A stretch of 64,000 nt of DNA from the NCBI GenBank assembly GCA_965248435.1, contig OZ252100.1, positions 1,696,001-1,760,000 of the forward strand, read 5' to 3'. This stretch comes from Candidatus Latescibacterota bacterium. GTDB lineage: Bacteria; Latescibacterota; UBA2968; GCA-2709665. Every line of letters starts with the position of its first letter. Within the stretch, counting starts at the first letter, position 1. Below are positions 59,151 to 64,000 of the stretch, piece after piece. A program made the position numbers and the translations under genes. Under the pieces are notes generated by a model that saw only the letters and a list, made by a program, of their open reading frames with translations, did not search any database and was not told where the DNA came from.

Positions 59151-60353
59151 ATGAAATCATGCCACCTCTGTAGGACCGAGCCAGTTAGGGAACTGTTTGA
59201 TTTCGGAATGCAGCCAATTTCCAACCGTTATCTAATGAATCCTGACGATGACGAGTACACCTATCCTATGGCAGTCAGCCAGTGTTCCGAATGTGGGCTT
59301 ATCCAAATCAGCAACCCGGTGCCTCCAGCAGAGCTCTTACCTCCCTATGATTGGATCACATACAATGAGCCTGAAGAACACCTCGATCACATGGTGGATA
59401 TGCTATGCAACCTGCCCGGCCTAACAAACAAATCCCAAATTTGCGGTTTTACCTTCAAGGACGACTCATCCCTGACACGTTTGAAAAAGCGTGGATTCAA
59501 GCGCACCTGGAGAATAGATCCAAAGGATGACCTGGGCATTGATGACACGCGAGCAGGTATTGAAACTGTTCAACATCATTTCACAGATAGAGCAGCGAGT
59601 CGAATTGTTCAAAGGCGTGGCAGACCGGATGTCGTTATTGCCAGGCACATTCTGGAACACGCACAGGATCTGCGTGGATTTATGAAGGCGCTCAAACAGC
59701 TGGTCAGTCCTAAAGGGTATATCATTGTTGAGGTTCCTGATTCTACACAAGCCTTAAAGAATTTCGACTATGCGACCTTGTGGGAAGAACATTGCCTCTA
59801 CTTTACTCCTGAAACCTTTCAAAACTCCTTCGCCTTTGGAGGTTTCTCCCTCGTTGGTTTGGAGAGTTACTCATATCCTTTCGAGAACTCTCTGGTCGGT
59901 ATTATGCGGCTCCAAGGGGATCTAGCCTCTTCTTTCCCTGCTGAGCAGATTCTGGAAGAGGAGAGACTCAGAGCACAGACCTACTTTGATCGTGTTGAAA
60001 AGAGTCGCAAAACTTTCAACAAATATCTCTCAGAGTTTCGCCATCGCGAAGGTAAGATTGCGCTGTTCGGTGCGGGGCACCTTGGTTGCGCCTTTGTCAA
60101 TCTAATGGGACTAAAAAGTCAGATTGAATTCTTCGTAGACGACAACCCGAACAAGCGAGGACTCTTTATGCCTGGTTCCCACCTTCCCATCTATGGGTCC
60201 TCAGCCCTAGTTAAGAAAAACGTCAAACTCTGTCTGTTAGGTCTCAATCCCTTGAGTGAAGAGAGAGTAATTCTGAACAATTCTGATTTCACGAAAAGCG
60301 GAGGAATCTTCGCGTCTATCTTTCCTGGCAGCAAGCATTCAATGCGGCCGTGA
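59151..60353 (+). CDS. NDP-sugar C-methyltransferase-like protein
   Basis: CHLC...CSECGLIQ Zn domain, RHILEH, EEH, C-terminal FGAG...VDDNPNKRGLFMPGSHLPI; SAM motif I degenerate. Confidence 0.78.
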   Translation: MKSCHLCRTEPVRELFDFGMQPISNRYLMNPDDDEYTYPMAVSQCSECGLIQISNPVPPAELLPPYDWITYNEPEEHLDHMVDMLCNLPGLTNKSQICGFTFKDDSSLTRLKKRGFKRTWRIDPKDDLGIDDTRAGIETVQHHFTDRAASRIVQRRGRPDVVIARHILEHAQDLRGFMKALKQLVSPKGYIIVEVPDSTQALKNFDYATLWEEHCLYFTPETFQNSFAFGGFSLVGLESYSYPFENSLVGIMRLQGDLASSFPAEQILEEERLRAQTYFDRVEKSRKTFNKYLSEFRHREGKIALFGAGHLGCAFVNLMGLKSQIEFFVDDNPNKRGLFMPGSHLPIYGSSALVKKNVKLCLLGLNPLSEERVILNNSDFTKSGGIFASIFPGSKHSMRP

Positions 60354-60461
60354 AGAATCTGACAGGCGGCGTTAATCAAGAGAAATAGAGGATTATTTTA
60401 AAACACAGAAATTCGAATACGTCACTCTATCCATTCGGAATTTAAACAACCCGATGAACCA

Positions 60462-60986
60462 ATGAACTATTCAATCGCTAGCGACGAGGTGCTCTACACC
60501 ACGGAGCCTGTGACCGCGGTGAATCACGCCGACATACAACGCCTCATAGGCCTCGCGGCAAAGAATCCTAGGCAACGGATCCGTCTTTGCGCTCATCCAG
60601 ATACCGAGGACCGCCTTCACGAAATGCTCATCGTACACGCCAAGGGCACCTATGTGAGACCTCACAAGCATCCTGGTAAGAGTGAGTCATTCCACATGAT
60701 TGGTGGCCAACTCCAGGTCGTCTTGTTCGAGGACGACGGACGAGTCAAAGACGTAATCAGCATGGATGAGGTGCGCTCGGGCGACACTTTCTATTATCGC
60801 CTTTCCGAGGGCTGGTTTCACACTGTTATTCCTACCAGTACGGTCGTCGTCTTTCACGAGACTACGAACGGACCCTTCAAGCGAGAAGAGACCCTTTTTG
60901 CGCCCTGGGCTCCGGAGGAGGACAATTATGAGGCCCAAGAGCATTATCTGAAAGAATTGTCTTTAACGACGAGGTCCCGCCCTTGA
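60462..60986 (+). CDS. WbuC-family cupin-fold metalloprotein
   Basis: NPRQRIR..H, YVRPHKH..KSES, FHT, ETTNGPF, APWAP. Confidence 0.88.
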   Translation: MNYSIASDEVLYTTEPVTAVNHADIQRLIGLAAKNPRQRIRLCAHPDTEDRLHEMLIVHAKGTYVRPHKHPGKSESFHMIGGQLQVVLFEDDGRVKDVISMDEVRSGDTFYYRLSEGWFHTVIPTSTVVVFHETTNGPFKREETLFAPWAPEEDNYEAQEHYLKELSLTTRSRP

Positions 60987-60987
60987 A

Positions 60988-61218
60988 CGGAAAAATTTTC
61001 TTTCCGTCCCGAGGGCCGGGAAAGAAGGCCTGGTCCTTACCTCACAAAGTCTCCAAGCTTTTCCATCGTAAGATACATAAAATAAAGTAGTTATATATAA
61101 ATCGACGTTCGAATTCCCTCTACCAGAGAAGCGGGCTACAGGACGGGCATAGGAATTGCTTACACTCCCAATCGTCTTTGTCCAAACCGCTAAGCGTCTC
61201 TAAAGCCATTGCCGATAG
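60988..61218 (+). promoter_or_regulatory. Cassette 6: enhancer palindrome, IHF-like site, sigma54 promoter, sigma28-like promoter
   Basis: GGAAAAATTTTCT 60989-61001; AATAAAGTAGTTA 61081-61093; GGGCATAGGAATTGCT 61145-61160; TAAG-N16-GCCGATAG 61191-61218. Confidence 0.7.
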
Positions 61219-61387
61219 TGTAGATATTGCAGGTAGCGTTGGTGCCGAATGGTCACCTTCTTAAAGCGCCTGCTCAAACTTGCGAGAAAGACGACGCGCC
61301 GATGTAGATGGACAGACTACGCGAATGTTCGAGTCATCCTTCTTGATCCGATCTTGAGTCCAGCTTAGCATAAGGAGAAAACACAAC

Positions 61388-62158
61388 ATGTCGTTCACTA
61401 AGGAGCAAATCCTGAATCATTACCGCTCCGAGGTTGAACAGCATGGGCTTGATGGCACAATTACCATTAAAGACGATCGGACCCGACGCCTGGAGGTAGA
61501 AGCCCTCTCTTCGTATATCCGAAATGGATATCGGGTCCTGGAAACTGGGTGCGGAAACGGATATGTTGCCCAAATGATCGTGGAGAAGTTTGAAGTAGAA
61601 CTCGATGGAATAGACTTTTCTCCGGAAATGATCGAACTAGCCCAAAAAAGGGAATTGAGGCAGGCCAGAGGACGCGTCAAGTTTACTCTGCAGGACATTC
61701 TGACCTTCGATTCGGTAGAGGAATATGATCTCGCAATCACCGAGAGGTGTTTGCAAAATCTGGTCTCCTGGGAAGATCAGAAAACTGCACTGGGCAACAT
61801 TGTGCGTTCTCTTAAACCCGGGGGGTATTTTGTTCTCTTGGAGTCGTTCTGGACAGGTCTGAACAACCTGAATGAAGCCCGGAGTGATCTGGACTTGCCT
61901 CCTATCGAGCCTCAATGGCACAACCTATTCTTTGATGAAGAGGAAACAAAGATTTATATGTCGGATTTGGGGTGTTCATATATCGACCAGAATCCCTTCC
62001 TGAGTGGGTATTATTTTGGATCCCGTGTTATGCTACCTGCCTTAATTCCAAAAGGCAAACCTGTATCTTCGAAAACAGTACTGAATGACTACTTCTGTAG
62101 TTTCCCCCCCTCCGGGGATTTCTGTCCGATGAAGATTTTGAGATTCGTCAAGAACTGA
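61388..62158 (+). CDS. Class I SAM methyltransferase
   Basis: RBS AAGGAG; LETGCGNG, GIDFS, ERCLQN, LKPGG. Confidence 0.9.
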   Translation: MSFTKEQILNHYRSEVEQHGLDGTITIKDDRTRRLEVEALSSYIRNGYRVLETGCGNGYVAQMIVEKFEVELDGIDFSPEMIELAQKRELRQARGRVKFTLQDILTFDSVEEYDLAITERCLQNLVSWEDQKTALGNIVRSLKPGGYFVLLESFWTGLNNLNEARSDLDLPPIEPQWHNLFFDEEETKIYMSDLGCSYIDQNPFLSGYYFGSRVMLPALIPKGKPVSSKTVLNDYFCSFPPSGDFCPMKILRFVKN

Positions 62159-62162
62159 TCTT

Positions 62163-63291
62163 GTGACTAGGATCCCGAAAATGGCAGAGGCTTCTCTTCT
62201 TGAATACTACCAGCAGAATAGTTTTAACCCTGTTCCTATTCCCCTGGAAGATCGGATTGCCTGGAAATCTCACTTTGAAAAGCGTCTAAACCTTTACGTA
62301 AGGCACCTGGGAATTCCGGTTTCTCTATTGCAGAATCGCTCTGTGCTCGAATTCGGTTGCAGAAGGGCGAATTGTCGAGTTGTCACAAGAAGATGTCGAG
62401 AGCTTTGAATCTCAAACTCTTTACGACGTCGTACTTGCCGAAGGGTTCCTGTTCACGTTGCCGACTCGGGCTGAGCTCATTCAAAAAATTTGCGCTTTGC
62501 TGAAACCAGGTGGCCTAGCTGTCATTTCATTCATCGACCGATACGGCTGCCTGCTTGAAATCACGCGAAAATTGATCCTGCACCGAGCGTGTCAACTAGC
62601 AGCGGTCGACGATCCTCACAGCAAAGCGTCCCTGGAAATCGCTAAGCAACTTTATGGGCAGGATTTCTCAAGAATAAGTGTTTCCCGGCCCTTTGAGGCG
62701 TGGTGGAAAGATTCTCTGGTAAACCCGCTGTTTTGCTCGCCATATCTTTGGAGTTATGAAGATCTTCTCCCTCTAGTGGAGGAGGTTGGTTGTGAGTTCT
62801 ATTCTTCTTCCCCCCAGTGGAATTCCACTGATCACTTTTCCTGGTACAAGCAAACTTCCGAAACAAACATTCGGCACCAACACCCCCTGAAAGATTGGGC
62901 CCGAGTTTTTCCCTACTTCATTACAGGAATTCGTCCCTTAAACAATATCGCCGTGCCTCCAACGCCTGAAGTGCTGAACTCAGTCTTTGAATTGACGACC
63001 CAGATTTCAGAATATGTTGCGACGTTCGGTGCGCAAATAGATTCAGTCATATATCCGCATTCACTGGAAATGTATCTCAACAAAAGCCAGGACCCAAGAG
63101 TCGTGCGCTTCAATTCAGAAATGAAGAATCTGTATGCGGCATCAAGATCAGACAAACTGGAAGACTTGGTTTCCGCCTATCATGAGTCGGGAGTTCTGAG
63201 AAATCTATGGGGGACACACTATCACTACATTTGCTTCAGCAAGCAGTTTAACTCCACTGTCGAGCCAAGGTCGGTCTTGCTCCCCACTTGA
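62163..63291 (+). pseudogene. Class I methyltransferase split by deletion/frameshift
   Basis: First frame stops making sense after VLEFGC (half of motif I); second frame resumes at DVESF..YDVVLAEGFL..LKPGG; motif II segment absent. Confidence 0.75.
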
Positions 63292-63321
63292 TCTTGATTC
63301 TCCCTTCTGGAAAGAACAAAA

Positions 63322-64000
63322 ATGAAACCTTCGATATCCATCATCATTCCGGCCCTGAACGAAGAAGATTGCCTGGCGGATAGCTTGGAAATGGCCGTGG
63401 GCGCTGCTACCAACAAAGGTCTGGATTACGAAATTCTAATCTACAACGATGGGAGTGAAGACAAAACGGGGTTGATCGCCGACCATTTTGCTTCTCAAAA
63501 CCCTCGCATTCAGGTCATACATCATTCCCGGAACATGGGAATAGGCTACAGCTTTCGAAAGGGTGTTGAGTTGGCCGGCAATGAATACATCGGCTGGCTT
63601 CCCGGTGACACGAGCCAAAACGTCCTGCAAGCGGACGTAGAAAACATATTCGATGGCGTCGGGAAGGCAGAAATTGTCCTGACCTATGTCGCGTCAGATC
63701 GCAGGTCCCTATTCAGGCGGATGACCTCGTGGGGATTCATTAGAGCGTTGAATCTGATGTTTCGCCTGAAGATAAAGTACTATAATGGCGCCAACTTCTA
63801 TAAGGGCGAACTGATTAAGAGTGTTACAATGAGCACTGATGACTATGGCGCGCTGAGCGAGGTCTTGATCCGTTTGCTCAAATCTGGACATAGCTATGTC
63901 CAAGTAGGCATGGACAACCGGGATGTCTGTCAGAATTCAAAGGCGTTTCAAATGAATCACATCAATCGGGTTATCCATGCTGTATTCAGGTTGTTCTGGG
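63322..64000 (+). CDS. GT2 glycosyltransferase (DPM-synthase-like); 3'-partial
   Basis: Not in the ORF track because it runs off the end; MKPSISIIIPALNEE...YNDGSEDKT...NMGIGYS...LPGD. Confidence 0.85.
   Translation, partial: MKPSISIIIPALNEEDCLADSLEMAVGAATNKGLDYEILIYNDGSEDKTGLIADHFASQNPRIQVIHHSRNMGIGYSFRKGVELAGNEYIGWLPGDTSQNVLQADVENIFDGVGKAEIVLTYVASDRRSLFRRMTSWGFIRALNLMFRLKIKYYNGANFYKGELIKSVTMSTDDYGALSEVLIRLLKSGHSYVQVGMDNRDVCQNSKAFQMNHINRVIHAVFRLFW

Noticed and set aside
1-64000. CRISPR array, rRNA/tRNA genes, ops/JUMPStart element, defence or prophage genes
   Set aside because: None recognised by eye in the intergenic gaps or ORFs; dedicated scans were not possible.

Overview
The whole window is one co-directional (+ strand) bacterial glycan-biosynthesis island of about 55 genes, open at both ends. 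It holds a legionaminic-acid-type nonulosonate pathway whose neuC/legG gene is split by a complete IS30-family element (3-bp TAA target duplication), a KdnA/KdnB-like pair, five DegT-family aminotransferases, about 11 methyltransferases, a formyltransferase, a sulfotransferase, an MBOAT O-acylation pair, two GT-C plus several GT2 glycosyltransferases, a CDP-sugar module, and a cytidylyltransferase-kinase/HAD/kinase/split-transketolase module. Two further genes are pseudogenised by internal deletion. The most striking unannotated signal is that all six long intergenic gaps share one regulatory cassette: a GGAA-N5-TTCC palindrome, then a sigma54 -24/-12 promoter 111-157 bp downstream, then (in five of six) a sigma28/FliA-type promoter. 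This suggests the island is wired module by module into a flagellar-type regulatory cascade. No rRNA, tRNA, CRISPR array or Wzx/Wzy/Wzm/Wzt gene was recognised. Product calls come from motif recognition by eye, not from database searches.
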